DNA from: an uncultured Gemmatimonadales bacterium | GTDB lineage: Bacteria > Gemmatimonadota > Gemmatimonadetes > Longimicrobiales > Gaopeijiaceae | Reading direction: 5' to 3' | NCBI GenBank assembly: GCA_963823035.1 | Contig: CAWGKG010000019.1 | Coordinates: 32,001 to 96,000 of the forward strand | Length of the DNA stretch: 64,000 nt | Shown: piece after piece, positions 1-10,554 of the stretch | How positions within the stretch are numbered: the stretch's first letter is position 1 | Layout: each line of letters opens with the position of its first letter | Program-made: the position numbers and the translations under genes | The notes under the pieces: generated by a model | Databases searched by the model: none | Seen by the model: the letters and a program-made list of their open reading frames with translations, nothing else | Told to the model about the DNA's origin: nothing

Positions 1-514
1 TGACGTCGAGCGCCCCGAGGGGCTCGTCGAGGAGCAGCAGGTCGGGCTCCGTGGCGAGCGTCCGGGCCAGCGCCACGCGCTGGGCCTGGCCTCCGGACAG
101 GTCCCGCGGGCGGCGCTCCTCCAACCCCGTGAGCTCGAGCCGCTCGATCCACATGCGGGCCCGGCCGCGAGCCTCCGCGCGCCCCATCCCCCGACTCCTC
201 GGGCCGAAGGCGACGTTCTCGAGCACGCCGAGGTGGGGGAAGAGCAGGTAGTCCTGGAACACCACGCCGACCCTACGGCGCTCGGCGGGAACGAGCACGC
301 CGGCGGCCGGATCGTCGAGGACCACGCCGCCGAGCGCGATGCGCCCCGCCTCGAGGGGGAGGATCCCGGCGAGCGCCGCGACGGCGGTGGACTTCCCCGC
401 CCCGTTGGGCCCGAGCAGGGCGGCGGTCCGACCCGCCGGAACCGAGAGCCGGATGTCCAGACGGAACGACTCCGACCGGCCGACGACGAGCGTCGCCTCG
501 AGCCCGCCGCTCAC
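1..514 (-). CDS. modC: Molybdate ABC transporter ATP-binding subunit (3' part outside window)
   Basis: Manual translation from GTG 514: Walker [11 protein letters not shown]-loop [11 protein letters not shown], signature LSGGQAQR, Walker B LLLLDEP. Start overlaps the modB stop. Confidence 0.88.
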   Translation of the reverse strand, partial: MSGGLEATLVVGRSESFRLDIRLSVPAGRTAALLGPNGAGKSTAVAALAGILPLEAGRIALGGVVLDDPAAGVLVPAERRRVGVVFQDYLLFPHLGVLENVAFGPRSRGMGRAEARGRARMWIERLELTGLEERRPRDLSGGQAQRVALARTLATEPDLLLLDEPLGALDV

Positions 515-1322
515 AGCGCCTTCCACCATCGGTCGCGTAGCGCCACCAGCACCAGCAACGAGACCACCACCATCACGAGGCTGATCGCGACCGCGGTGTC
601 CCGATCCCGCTCCAGCGCGACGAACACCGCCAGGGGGAGCGTCTGCGTCCGCCCCTGGAGGTTGCCGGCGAAGGTGATGGTGGCGCCGAACTCGCCGAAC
701 GCGCGCGCCCAGGTCAGCACCAGGCCAGCCACGAGGGACGGCGCGATCATCGGCAGGGTGACCCGGCGCAGCACCGTCCAACGGTGGGCGCCGAGGCTCG
801 CCGCCGCGTCCTCGTAGCGCCGGTCCATGTTGCGGAGCGCCCCCTCCACCGTGATGACCAGGAAGGGCATGGCCACGAAGGTGTTGGCGACGATCACCCC
901 CCAGGTGGAGAACGGAAGCAGGAGGCCGGTGGCCTGCTCGAGCGGTGCGCCCACGAGGCCGCGTCGCCCGAGGGCGAAGAGGAGGGCCGCGCCCCCGACG
1001 ACCGGTGGGAGCACGAGCGGGAGCGTCACGATCCCCCGGACCAGAGCGCGGCCGGGGAAGTCGACGCGCGCGAGGAGCCAGGCCAGCGGCACGCCGAGGA
1101 CCAGCGAGATCGACGGTCGCGGAGACCGACGTGATCGCCGAGATCCGCAGCGCGTCGGTGACCACGTCGCCGGCGAGGAGCGCGGGCAACCGCGCCCAGG
1201 GCGTACGCGCCACCAGGCCGGCGAGGGGCAGGAGGAAGAGCGCCATGCCGGCGCCCGCCAGCGATCGCCAGGAGGAGCGGCGGCCGTGGCCGGCCGCGGC
1301 GGCGCGGAGGAGGAGGGTTCAA
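511..1322 (-). CDS. modB: Molybdate ABC transporter permease (frameshifted in the 5' third)
   Basis: ORF 511..1092 has [12 protein letters not shown], the EAA loop [10 protein letters not shown] and [16 protein letters not shown]. The N-terminal TM segments lie in other frames up to about 1322. Confidence 0.88.
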
Positions 1323-2110
1323 GGCGCCGCGAACCCGTGCTTCGCGAGGATCGCCCTCCCGTCGTACGACAACACGAACCGTACGAAGGCCTCGGCCGCG
1401 TCCGGGTTGGGCGCGCCCGCCAGGACCGCGATCGGATACACGGCCACCACGTTCTGGTCTTCGGGGATGACGATCCCCTCCACGGCTCCGTGCGTCGACG
1501 CCACGTCGGTCACGTAGGTGATGCCCGCGTCCAGCTCGCCCAGCTCGACCTTGGTCAGGAGCGCGCGCACGTCCGGTTCGTTGGTGTCGGGGGCCGGGAC
1601 GACGCCGGCCCGCTCCAGGGCGCGGCGCGCGAACTCGCCGCAGGGGACCTCCTCGGCGCACAGGCCGAGGCGGAGGGCTTCGTCGGCGAAGTCGTCGAGA
1701 CCGTGGACGCCCGCCGGGTTCCCGGCGGGGACCGCGATCTGGAGGAGATTGCGCGCGAACACGCGGGGCTCGCCCGACACCCGCCCGGCCTCGACGACCC
1801 GGTCCATGTTCGAGGCGTTCGCCGAGGCGAAGACGTCCACCGGGGCGCCCTCGAGGATCTGGGCCCTGAGCGACGAGCTTCCGCCCAGGTTCAGCAGGAC
1901 CTTCACGCCCGGATGAGCCGCCTCGAAGGCGACTTCGATCTCCGCGAAGGCGTCGGTCAGCGACGCGGCCGCCGACACGAGGACCTCTCCCTGGAGGTGC
2001 GTTCCGAGCGTCGAGCCCGCTTCGGCGCGGTCGTCCGGAGCCTCCCGGCCTCCACAGGCGGCCGTGATCAACGCCAGCGCCGCTGCCCATGCCCGCCGAC
2101 GCAACGCCAT
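1319..2110 (-). CDS. modA: Molybdate ABC transporter substrate-binding lipoprotein
   Basis: Lipobox ITAAC; AAASLTDAF, GGSSSL, DVFASA, VPCG and YPIAVL motifs; upstream of modB/modC. Confidence 0.93.
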   Translation of the reverse strand: MALRRRAWAAALALITAACGGREAPDDRAEAGSTLGTHLQGEVLVSAAASLTDAFAEIEVAFEAAHPGVKVLLNLGGSSSLRAQILEGAPVDVFASANASNMDRVVEAGRVSGEPRVFARNLLQIAVPAGNPAGVHGLDDFADEALRLGLCAEEVPCGEFARRALERAGVVPAPDTNEPDVRALLTKVELGELDAGITYVTDVASTHGAVEGIVIPEDQNVVAVYPIAVLAGAPNPDAAEAFVRFVLSYDGRAILAKHGFAAP

Positions 2111-2117
2111 CGCCTCC

Positions 2118-2860
2118 TCAGCATCCGGGTGGGCATCGGGACCGCCCGGGATCGTCCCCGGGAACGGCGTCGGATGTAAAGTATGCCTGCTGGCATGTCA
2201 AGCAAACCTCGCCTACGCGAGGCGCCGATGCTCCTGCCCGCCGATCGCCGCAACCGCCGGGCGCCTGCGGCTCATTGCGGACGTGGGCGTATTCGCGCCC
2301 GTTCCAGTGCCAGACGCCGAAGCAGAAGCCGGGGCCGCCGATGAGCAGGTCGGCGAACCCCGGCGTCGTGCTCGTGCGCACCTCGGCGATCAGCCCCGTG
2401 ACGCCGAGGCCGAGGCGGTAGTGGCCGCTCGGGTCCTTCACGAACAGCGCCACCGACGTCCCCGCCATCCCCGACGTGCAGGCGTTTCCGTAGTCGACCA
2501 CGACCTCCGGGCCGCCGTCGCCGTTCAGATCCGGGAACGACATCCGCGTCGATACCGGCAGACCGCACGCTCCGTCCAGGAGCTCGGTGGCGTCCGGCGA
2601 GACCGTCAGGGCGAGGGAACGGGCGATGTCGATCTGCTCCCCCGTGGAAAGGCCGCCGGAGCCCTCACGGAACAGCAGGCTCACGAGCTTCCGGTCGTGG
2701 CGGACGAGACGGGGTCGTCCCCGGCCACCGCCCGCTCCGGCGCCACGTTCGCGCCGGGTCGTGGGGCGCACCCGTCGGCGCCCGCCGCCGCGAGGAACGC
2801 GACGAGGGCGAACGCGTGAGCACGTTGCCGCGCGGGAGCCCGGAGCGTGGAGCTACTCAT
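2118..2860 (-). CDS. Hypothetical exported/lipoprotein with a DLNGDG Ca-binding-like motif (frameshifted; true 3' end may be about 2213)
   Basis: Signal-like N-terminus in ORF 2681..3028 (ATG 2860, FALVAFLAAAGADGC) joins ORF 2118..2771 (PDLNGDGGPEVVV, GGPGFCFGVWHWNG). Confidence 0.55.
2170..2201 (-). promoter_or_regulatory. Putative sigma70 promoter/operator of modABC
   Basis: Perfect TTGACA on the minus strand (2196-2201), followed directly by the dyad ATGCC-N4-GGCAT (2183-2196) in an AT-richer patch about 75 bp upstream of modA. The -10 box is weak. Confidence 0.45.
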
Positions 2861-2877
2861 CTCGTTCCATCCGGCGC

Positions 2878-4076
2878 CTATCCGCCGGACGCCTGGCGTG
2901 CGTGCCACGCCGCCAGTACCTCGGCTTCCCGCTTCATCCCGATGCCGTTGATCTCGCCGTTGAGCGTGGCGAGCTGCTGCTCCTCGCGGACGCGTCTTGT
3001 GCCAGTCGAGCGTGTCCTTCGCGGTCACGGCGAGCGGGCCGGAAGGTGAGCCCCTGCGCGATGGCCTTGACCGCGCTGCGGCGCTGGAAGCCGGCCGTGC
3101 GTCCGTAGGGAGGCTGCCACACCGTCATGTCGCGCCAGGGGCGCACGCCCTGCTCCTGCAGGAACTCCCAGGGCACCCAGGTGAACTGGGCGCCGGCCGT
3201 GGTCACCGCCTTCACCCCGTAGAGCATCTCGGCGAAGGTCATGGGGTGCTCGGGGCCGATGGCGTTGTACAGCCCGAGCACGCGCGCCTCGGCCATCCGC
3301 ACCATCCACTCGGCCAGGTCGCGGGAGTCGATGAACTGGCAGGGGTTGTCCGGCTTGTCGGGCGCGAGCACCTCGCCGCCCTGGTCGATGCGGGCCGGCC
3401 ACCAGGTGAACCGATCCGTGCGATCGAGGGGCCCGACGATGAGGCAGGGCCGGATGATCGTCCACATGTCCGGATACGTCCGCCTGACCTCCTCTTCCGC
3501 GCGCACCTTGAGCGGCCCGTAGTACCGCGACGCAGCTGCCCGGTCGAGGGTGTACGGGTCCACGTCCGCGGGTAGCTCGCGCACCGGACTCTCCTCGTTC
3601 AGCCCGATGATGCTGTTGTCGCTGTAGACCGACGTCGTCGAGATGAACATGTAGTGCCCGACGTTGCCGGCGAGGTAGCGGCCCGCGTTGCGCACCCAGG
3701 CCGGGAACGTGGTGGGGTTGTCGAGGACGACGTCGAACTTCTTCCCCTCCAGCGCGCTCGTGTCGTCGTTCAGGTCGCCGACGAGCTCCTCGGCCACGCG
3801 CCCCTTGAAGAGGCCGGGGCGGGTCTGGTTCCGGTTGAAGAGCGTTACCCGGTGGCCGCGCGCGATGGCGTACTCCACCTGCTCGGGGCCGGTGAAGCCG
3901 GTGCCGCCGAGGATCAGCATGTCGAGCGGGGCAGGGGCCCGGCCCACGGGTCGGGCCGGACCGCGCGGAGCGACCCGGAGGAGGAGGCTTCTCCCCGGGT
4001 CGGCACGCATCCCGAGTCCGGCGGCTCCCCCGACCACGGAGACCGTTCTGATGAAGGAGCGACGATCGGTAGCCAC
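2878..4076 (-). CDS. NAD-dependent epimerase/dehydratase family (atypical SDR) with Tat signal; frameshifted near the C-terminus
   Basis: DRRSFIR twin-arginine signal; ILGGTGFTG Rossmann motif; YGPLK; IRPCLIVGP; QFIDSRDLA. The C-terminus continues in other frames to TAG at 2878. Confidence 0.85.
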
Positions 4077-4210
4077 GGGGTCTCCCGGTGGAGGTCGGCA
4101 CTCTGGCCGTCGGGCGAGGCGGGCGACGTGCCAACTTGCGGTACCGCGGTCGAGGTTGTCCACTGGAGGGTTCGGCTCCAGCTGCCCACCCTCGTGCCGG
4201 GACCCGCACC

Positions 4211-5549
4211 GTGACCTCCACGCTCCGTCGCTTCGCGAACGTACGCCGCGCCGAGGTTCCCGCGCTGCTCGCCTCGGTCCTCTTCTTCTTCTGCGTGCTC
4301 ACCGCGCTCATGGTCATCCGGCCGGCACGGGAAGCGCTCGGCATGCGGAGCGGACTCGACACCGTCCGGTGGCTCTTCGTGGGAACCGCGGTGGTCACGC
4401 TGGCGGTGAATCCGGTCTTCGGGTTGCTGGTCTCGCGTGTCCGGCGGATCACGTTCATCGCCGCGACCTACCTGTTCTTCGCGGCGAGCCTCCTGGTGTT
4501 CTGGTGGCTTCTGACCTTCGCCCCCGAGCGCACCGGTGAGATCTCGGGGCGCGTCTTCTACGTCTGGTTCAGCGTCTTCAACCTGTTCAGCACCATGGTC
4601 TTCTGGGCCCTCATGGTGGACCGGTTCTCGCTGGAGCAGTCGAAGCGGCTGTTCGGCGTCGTGGCGGTGGGCGGCACCCTCGGAGCGATGTTCGGTCCCT
4701 GGCTCGCGTGGACGTACGTGGACGCCATCGGGACCGCCAACCTCATCCTGGTCGCCGTGGGCTTTCTGGTGGTGGCGGTGGTGGCCGCGGGGTTGGTCGC
4801 CCACCTCCAGCCCGAGAGTGGCCGGGAGGTCGTTGCCGGGATCCCGGCGACGGAGCCGGCCGCGGATGGCCGACGAGGTCATCGGCGGAACGGCGCTGGA
4901 GGGATTCCTCGGCGTGGCGCGCTCGCCCTACCTCCTCGGGATCGCCGCGTTCGTGCTGATCATGACCGTCATGGCCACCTTCATCTACTTCACCCGGCTC
5001 CAGATGGTGGCGGCCATGACCCAGGTGGTCGACGAGCGGACGGGTCTCTTCGCCCGGATCGACTTCTGGACGCAGTTCGCGACCCTGGCGCTCCAGCTCT
5101 TCGTCACCGGCCACATCATGAGGCGGCTGGGGGTGGCGGTCGCCATGGCGCTCCTGCCGTTGACCCTCGCCCTGGGCTTCCTCGGCCTCGCGCTCACGGG
5201 GAGCTTCGTGGCGCTGGTCCTGCTCGAGGCGGCCTTCCGCGCCATGCAGCGCGGGGTCACCCGCCCGGCGCGCGAGACGCTCTTCACCGTCGTGACCCGC
5301 GAGGACCGATACAAGTCGAAGGCCGTCATCGACACCTTCGTCTATCGGACCGGCGACGTCGTGGGTGCCTGGACCGAGGGACTCCTCGGGAAGCTCGGCG
5401 GAGGCGTGCCCCTCCTCACCGCGCTCGTCATCCCGGCGGCGGCGGTCTGGGCGGGCCTCTCCATCTGGTTGGCGCGCGAGCAGGGGAAGATCGCGGCGGA
5501 ACGGGCGGCATCGGCCGCGCGGACTGTGTCCGCCGCCGAGCTTCCCTAG
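4211..5549 (+). CDS. MFS transporter, AAA/NTP-translocase-like family (frameshift about 4860)
   Basis: Many hydrophobic TM segments across ORFs 4088.. and 4536..; motifs FYVWFSVFNLF..FW and RPARETLFTVV.REDRYKSKAVIDTFVYRTGD. Confidence 0.82.
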
Positions 5550-5712
5550 TGTGGTGCCGCAGAAATACCTCGGCCATTCGAGCGCCGATGCATCCGGCCC
5601 TGCGGCGTTGCTCCTCCTCGAAATAGCTCTGCTATGCCTCGTCGTCGCGCCTTGCAGGATCCAGCGCCTCGACGCTCTCGGTGGCTCGCGGATTTCTGCG
5701 GCACCACACTAG
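5546..5712. mobile_element. MITE-like non-autonomous element, 167 bp
   Basis: Perfect 21-bp terminal inverted repeat CTAGTGTGGTGCCGCAGAAAT / ATTTCTGCGGCACCACACTAG, CTAG at both ends, small internal dyad ATAGC-TCT-GCTAT, no transposase, between convergent genes. Confidence 0.75.
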
Positions 5713-5972
5713 GACTCGTCCGACGCCTCTCCCTCGGCGGGCTCCGGCGGCGTCTTCCGGTCGGGCGACTCCAGGAGCGCCCTGTAGAAGTCCCGCTCCT
5801 CTTCCAGCTTGGCCAGGCGGGTGTGCAGCTCACCCACGGCTTCGTTCAACTGTTCGATGTCCTCGGGACGGCTGCCCTCGCGCAGGCGGGGCCGCTCCGA
5901 CCGGGCCATGAGCACCTTGCCGACGGTGGAGATCAGGACGATCAGCAGGATGAACTCGAAGACGCCGATCAC
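5709..5972 (-). CDS. Small hypothetical membrane protein (N-terminal TM plus coiled coil)
   Basis: 87-aa ORF with a hydrophobic N-terminus and LHTRLAKLEEERDFYRALL coiled-coil tail; directly downstream of the aminotransferase gene. Confidence 0.7.
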   Translation of the reverse strand: MIGVFEFILLIVLISTVGKVLMARSERPRLREGSRPEDIEQLNEAVGELHTRLAKLEEERDFYRALLESPDRKTPPEPAEGEASDES

Positions 5973-5991
5973 GGGAGCCCCCCACCGTCTC

Positions 5992-7238
5992 TCACGCTCG
6001 TCCCATCACCTTCGCCAGCGCTCCCACGGCGCGCTCGATGTCGGACTCGTCGTTGAAGATGTGCGTGGAGATGCGGATGGCGTTGTACTGAGCGCTCCCG
6101 CGCTTCAGCACGATGTCGTAGTCGTCCGCGAGGGTGTTGCGGATCCGACCGGCGTCCCCGCGCTCCAGGGAGATCGTGAGGATCCCCCCGCAGAGCGCCT
6201 CGTCCACGGGGGTGATCGCCTTCACCCCGTCCACCCTCGCAGCGCTTCCCGCAGGTGGCGGCGTAGCTCCCTGCACCGGGCTTCCACCCTGTCGCGCCCC
6301 AACGTGTCGTGGAAGTCCATGGCCACCCCGTGGGCGAGGATGCCCGCCACGTTCCTCGTCCCGCCGGAGGCGGTGTAGACCTGGTAGCCGGTTCGCAGCG
6401 GGAGAGGCCTCACCCGCTCCTGCACCTCCTTCCGGACGTAGAGGAGGCCCGAGCCTTTCGGCGCCAGCATCCACTTGTGCGAGCTGGACGCGTAGGTGTC
6501 CACGCCCAGGGCGTGGACGTCCACGTCCAGCATGCCCGGTGCCTGGGCGCCGTCGCACACCAGCAGGATGCCCCGGGGGCGGGTCGCCTCGGCGATGGCC
6601 GCCATGGGCATCACCAGCCCGGTGATGGTGCTCACGTGGCTGAACGAGCACACGCGGGTACGCGGCGTGAGATGGCGCTTCACCAGCTCGACCACCTGGT
6701 CGGCCGACGTTGCCGTGGCCGGCATCTCGATGCGCACGATCTCGGCACCCGTGCGTTCGGCCAGCCACTCCCAGCACACGCTCCCGCCGGGGTGCTCGTG
6801 GTCGGTGGAGAGGATCTGGTCGCCGGGTTCCAGCCTCAGGCCCTGGGCGATGTGGTTCATCCCCTCGGTGGTGTTGCGCGTGAGCGCCACCTCGTCCAGG
6901 TCGGCACCGAGGAAGCTCGCTGCGCGGGCGCGCACGTCCTCCATGCGTTGTTCGCCGGCGGCGCCGAAGACCTGGTCCTGAGGGTTGCTCTCCACCTCCC
7001 ACAGGAAGTCCGTGAAGGCGCTCACCACCGGGCGGGGCGTCGCGCCGATGGTGGCCGAGTTCATGTGCACCAGGCCCGGACGCAGGAGAAACCGGCTGCG
7101 CACCTCCTTCCAGAACGCGTCGTCGTCGGGCGCCACGGCCAGGTCCCGGCGCAGGTCGGCGAGATCGCGCGTCGCCTCCGCCACCCACGGCATCACGGCC
7201 GCCGCGCTCATCCGGTGCAGGAAGGTACGTCTGTGCAT
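5992..7238 (-). CDS. Aminotransferase class V-fold PLP enzyme (isopenicillin-N-epimerase/cysteine desulfurase-like) with Tat signal; frameshift about 6230
   Basis: MHRRTFL Tat motif; TRNTTEG, TDHEHPG, CDGAQAPG, SSHKW (PLP lysine). C-terminal IRISTHIFN lies in the ORF ending 5992. Confidence 0.88.
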
Positions 7239-7440
7239 GGGGGCACTCCTGTGCGACCTGGGCTCCGCGCTCCGGGGCGTCCCGCGCATCGCGGGCCCGG
7301 TGGGCCGGAAGGGGAGGCTCCGGGTGATGAGAAGAACGTACGGGAGATCGCCCGGACCAGCCATCGAGGTCATCCCCCCATCGGGTCGGCTCGCTCGGGT
7401 CAACCTTTGACGCCGGCGCGCGCCGCCCCTAAATTCACAT

Positions 7441-9039
7441 ATGCCTTCGACCCGACGCGAAGCCCTCGCCCGGCTGGCGGCCCTCGCCGCGGCCGCCGCC
7501 GTTCCGCGGCGCGCGTGGTCGCTCACGGACGCGGAGCCGCTCGACGGCACCATCGCCGCCTACCGTGAAGGGCTGCGCCGCGGCACATGGAGCGCGGCCG
7601 AGGTCGCCGCGCTTGCCCTGGACCGCTGCCGCGCGGAGGGGAGGGCATGGCGGGCCATCGACGTGCTGTCGGAGACCGTCCCCGCCGAAGCGCGCGCCGC
7701 GGATGCCCGCCGGCGCTCCGGCCGCCTGCGGGGTCCGCTCGACGGCGTCCCCGTCTTCGCCAAGGCCATCTACGACATGGAGGGTCTGCCGACCACGGGT
7801 TCCAACGCCGAGTGGGCGCGCCTCTTTCCCGAGGCGGTGCGGCGCGATGCGCTGGAGGTGGCACGGTTGCGCGCGGCGGGCGCCATCGTCCTCGGAAAGA
7901 CCGCTGCCGACGACTTCGCCTATCACGGCAACGGCACCAGCAGCCATACGGGGCAGGTGCTCAATCCGCACGACGCCACGGGCACGCGCACGCCCGGCGG
8001 GTCGAGCGCGGGCTCGGCGGTCGCGGTCGCGGGGGGGATGGCCTTCGCCGCGCTCGGCACGGACGACGGCGGCTCCAACCGGATCCCCGCCCAGTTCACG
8101 GGCGTGGTGGGGATGAAGCCGACCTTCGGGCTGGTTCCGCGCACCGGCGTGATCCCCACCTGGCCGTACCTCGACACCCACGGCCCGCTCGCACGCTCCG
8201 TGGCGGACGCGGCACTCCTCCTCGCGACCGTGGCGGGGGCCGACCCTTCGGATCCGCTCGCGCGCACGGAGGCCTGGAACGGGACCGCGCTCGCCACGCT
8301 GAAGGACGAGGCGCTCGCCGGCGTTCGGCTCGGGCTCGTCGAGGCACACGTCCCGCGCGAGGAGATGTCGGCCGAAGCGCTCGCCGTGTGGGACCGCGCG
8401 CTGAGCGACCTGGGCGCCGCCGGAGCGACGGTCGAGCCGTTCGCCCCCGCGGTCACCCTGTGGGACGTGCGGGACGCCTTCGCCGCCGCGGCGCAGGAGC
8501 GGGGCGACGTGGCCGCGGACCCGAGATCGCCCGCGCCGACGGCCAACGCGCTCCACCTCTACTTCGCCGGCCGCTCCGACCAGCCGCGTGAGGCCATGCG
8601 CCGGGGGTACGCGGCCTATCGGGCCTTCTACGACGTGCTGCCCGAGAGCTGGGAAGCCTGCGAGCCGCTGCTCGCCCGGCCCATGGCGGACGACGTGGCG
8701 CGGGCGCTCCTTCGCGCGCTCGCGCGCCCAGGTGGTGGCGGCGCTGGCCGACACCCTGCGCGCCGCGGGAGTCGCGGCGATGGTCTATCCGACCATGCCG
8801 TTCAACGCGCCGCGCGTCGTCGACGCGTGGCCGCCCGTTCGCACCACGCTGGGCTACGGCAACTGGCTCGGCCTGCCGGAGGTGTCGATCCCGGCGGGGA
8901 TCGGTGCCGACGGGATGCCGGCGCTCAACCTGTCCATCGTGGGGCTCCCGGGGGACGACGCGCGCGTGCTGGCGTTGGCGCACGCCTACGAGCGGCAGTC
9001 GCACCGTTTCGTCGCCCCGCCGCGTCCCGCGCGGGGTAG
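7441..9039 (+). CDS. Amidase signature family enzyme (GatA-like) with Tat-like signal; frameshift about 8700, 3' end approximate
   Basis: GPLDGVPVFAK, PGGSSAGSAVAVA, GTDDGGSNRIPA, GMKPTFGLVPR. C-terminal GLPEVSIPAG...VLALAHAYE is in the shifted frame. Confidence 0.87.
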   Translation: MPSTRREALARLAALAAAAAVPRRAWSLTDAEPLDGTIAAYREGLRRGTWSAAEVAALALDRCRAEGRAWRAIDVLSETVPAEARAADARRRSGRLRGPLDGVPVFAKAIYDMEGLPTTGSNAEWARLFPEAVRRDALEVARLRAAGAIVLGKTAADDFAYHGNGTSSHTGQVLNPHDATGTRTPGGSSAGSAVAVAGGMAFAALGTDDGGSNRIPAQFTGVVGMKPTFGLVPRTGVIPTWPYLDTHGPLARSVADAALLLATVAGADPSDPLARTEAWNGTALATLKDEALAGVRLGLVEAHVPREEMSAEALAVWDRALSDLGAAGATVEPFAPAVTLWDVRDAFAAAAQERGDVAADPRSPAPTANALHLYFAGRSDQPREAMRRGYAAYRAFYDVLPESWEACEPLLARPMADDVARALLRALARPGGGGAGRHPARRGSRGDGLSDHAVQRAARRRRVAARSHHAGLRQLARPAGGVDPGGDRCRRDAGAQPVHRGAPGGRRARAGVGARLRAAVAPFRRPAASRAG

Positions 9040-9057
9040 GCGAGCAGTCCACGCCGA

Positions 9058-9702
9058 TCAGGACCTCCGAGCGCCGCCGACCAGGAGGAGGCGGGTCAGG
9101 AAGAGGCACGCGACGAACCAACAGACGGCGATCCCGAGGAAGGCCGCGCGGATGCCCAGGGGGGTCGTCTCCGTCACGGGGTGATCGGGATGGAGGTAGA
9201 GGGGCGCGCTCCTGATCGCCACGAACGCCACCGCCGCGGCGACCGTCCAGGTGAGATCCCGCGCCCGGCCCGGCCCCAGCCCGGCGTGCACCGCGAGGGC
9301 CACCCATCCGGTCGCCATCACCCCCAGCGAGGCGCGCATCCGCGGCTCGGCCCAGAAGATCCCGCCCCAGCTGATGCGCGCCGACACGAGGCTGAGGAGG
9401 AATCCGGCCGAGAAGGCGGCCAACCCGGCGATCCACAGGGGCCGTAGCGCGCGCTCCACGCGTGGGACGGGTCGCGCGGTCATGGCCAGGCCGAGTGCGC
9501 CGGCCCCGTACAGACAGGCGAGGCCCGCCATCGTCGCCGACACGTGGAGGTACACGACGCGAATGGCGTCGCCCATGGTTCGCTCGGGCGGCGCCAGCAG
9601 CGCCCATGCTCCCGCGACCAACCAGGGCGCCGAGACAGCCCCCGAGGGCCGTGACCCGGTCGGCGCGGCTCGGAGACGGCGATTCCATCGGGGGACCTCC
9701 AC
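9058..9702 (-). CDS. Cytochrome c assembly family (CcmC/CcsA-like) membrane protein
   Basis: PPERTMGDAIRVVYLHV, degenerate Trp-rich motif WGGIFWAEPRM, second His in YLHP, about 6 TM segments. Confidence 0.6.
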   Translation of the reverse strand: MEVPRWNRRLRAAPTGSRPSGAVSAPWLVAGAWALLAPPERTMGDAIRVVYLHVSATMAGLACLYGAGALGLAMTARPVPRVERALRPLWIAGLAAFSAGFLLSLVSARISWGGIFWAEPRMRASLGVMATGWVALAVHAGLGPGRARDLTWTVAAAVAFVAIRSAPLYLHPDHPVTETTPLGIRAAFLGIAVCWFVACLFLTRLLLVGGARRS

Positions 9703-9735
9703 TGTGGCCGGTGGATCGTCGATCGACGGGGCGGC

Positions 9736-10554
9736 CTATTGCTTGACCACTTCTTCGAGGAAGACCGAGTTGGCGACGGCGACCACGCGATCCCCCTGTT
9801 GCAGCAGGGTCTGCGTCGGCGTGATGCTCTTCAACTCCCCGCGCTCGCCGCGCACCTCCATCTCCCGGCCGATCACGAACGTCTTCCGCGCGTAGAAGCC
9901 CGCGAGGATGTTCCTCGTCGCGTCGCGGCTTCCCAGGCCGAACGTGAGCCCGAAGGCGAGCGCGAGGCCGGCGAGCGCGGCTGCCGTCACCACCCGGATG
10001 ATCTCGGTGTCGATGCGGAGCTGGCCGATCGCCATGATCCCGAGCACGAAGAGGATCAGGCCCGAGACCAGGCCCCCGAGTGACGAGCCGAACTCGATCC
10101 CGGAGTTGGTCGCGGCCTCTGCGACGGCGCGACCGGCGAACTGGGCGGCGGCGCTGCCGAGCACAAGGATGAGGAGCGCGGCCACGATGTTGGGCAGATA
10201 GCCCATGAAGGCCCCGATCGCATCGGAGATGGCGAAGAGGCCCATCGCGTCGGCGGCGGTCTTCGCGAACAGGATCAGGAGCAGGTAGTAGACGATGCGC
10301 GGCACGACGTGGTTCAGCGACTCGCGGATGCCGATGCGCTGGATCGCCCGGTCGACGCCCACCCGCTCCACGAGGGAATCGAAGCGCAAGCGGACCATCA
10401 CGGAGCGCAGGATGCGCTCCACGAGCTTCGCGGCGACGAGCGCGAAGACCAGGAGGATGATCGCCAGCAGGACGCGAGGCGTCCACGCGATCAAGGAATC
10501 GAGCACACCCCGATAGGTGGCCAGGAGCTGGTCGCGGATCTGCACGAGCATCAT
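9736..10554 (-). CDS. Small-conductance mechanosensitive channel-like protein (TM-helix repeat/CmpX-like)
   Basis: Repeated TM hairpins (YLPNIVAALLIL), ALAFGLTFGLGSRDATRNILAG and a short MscS beta domain (GELKSITPTQTLL...VANS). Confidence 0.78.
   Translation of the reverse strand: MMLVQIRDQLLATYRGVLDSLIAWTPRVLLAIILLVFALVAAKLVERILRSVMVRLRFDSLVERVGVDRAIQRIGIRESLNHVVPRIVYYLLLILFAKTAADAMGLFAISDAIGAFMGYLPNIVAALLILVLGSAAAQFAGRAVAEAATNSGIEFGSSLGGLVSGLILFVLGIMAIGQLRIDTEIIRVVTAAALAGLALAFGLTFGLGSRDATRNILAGFYARKTFVIGREMEVRGERGELKSITPTQTLLQQGDRVVAVANSVFLEEVVKQ

Noticed and set aside
4211..5549. Parasite-type ATP/ADP translocase implying energy parasitism
   Set aside because: This AAA-like MFS subfamily is common in free-living bacteria, and the substrate cannot be inferred from the sequence.
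5992..7238. Beta-lactam biosynthesis (cefD)
   Set aside because: Only the class-V PLP fold is supported; no NRPS or IPNS genes nearby, and the protein has an export signal.
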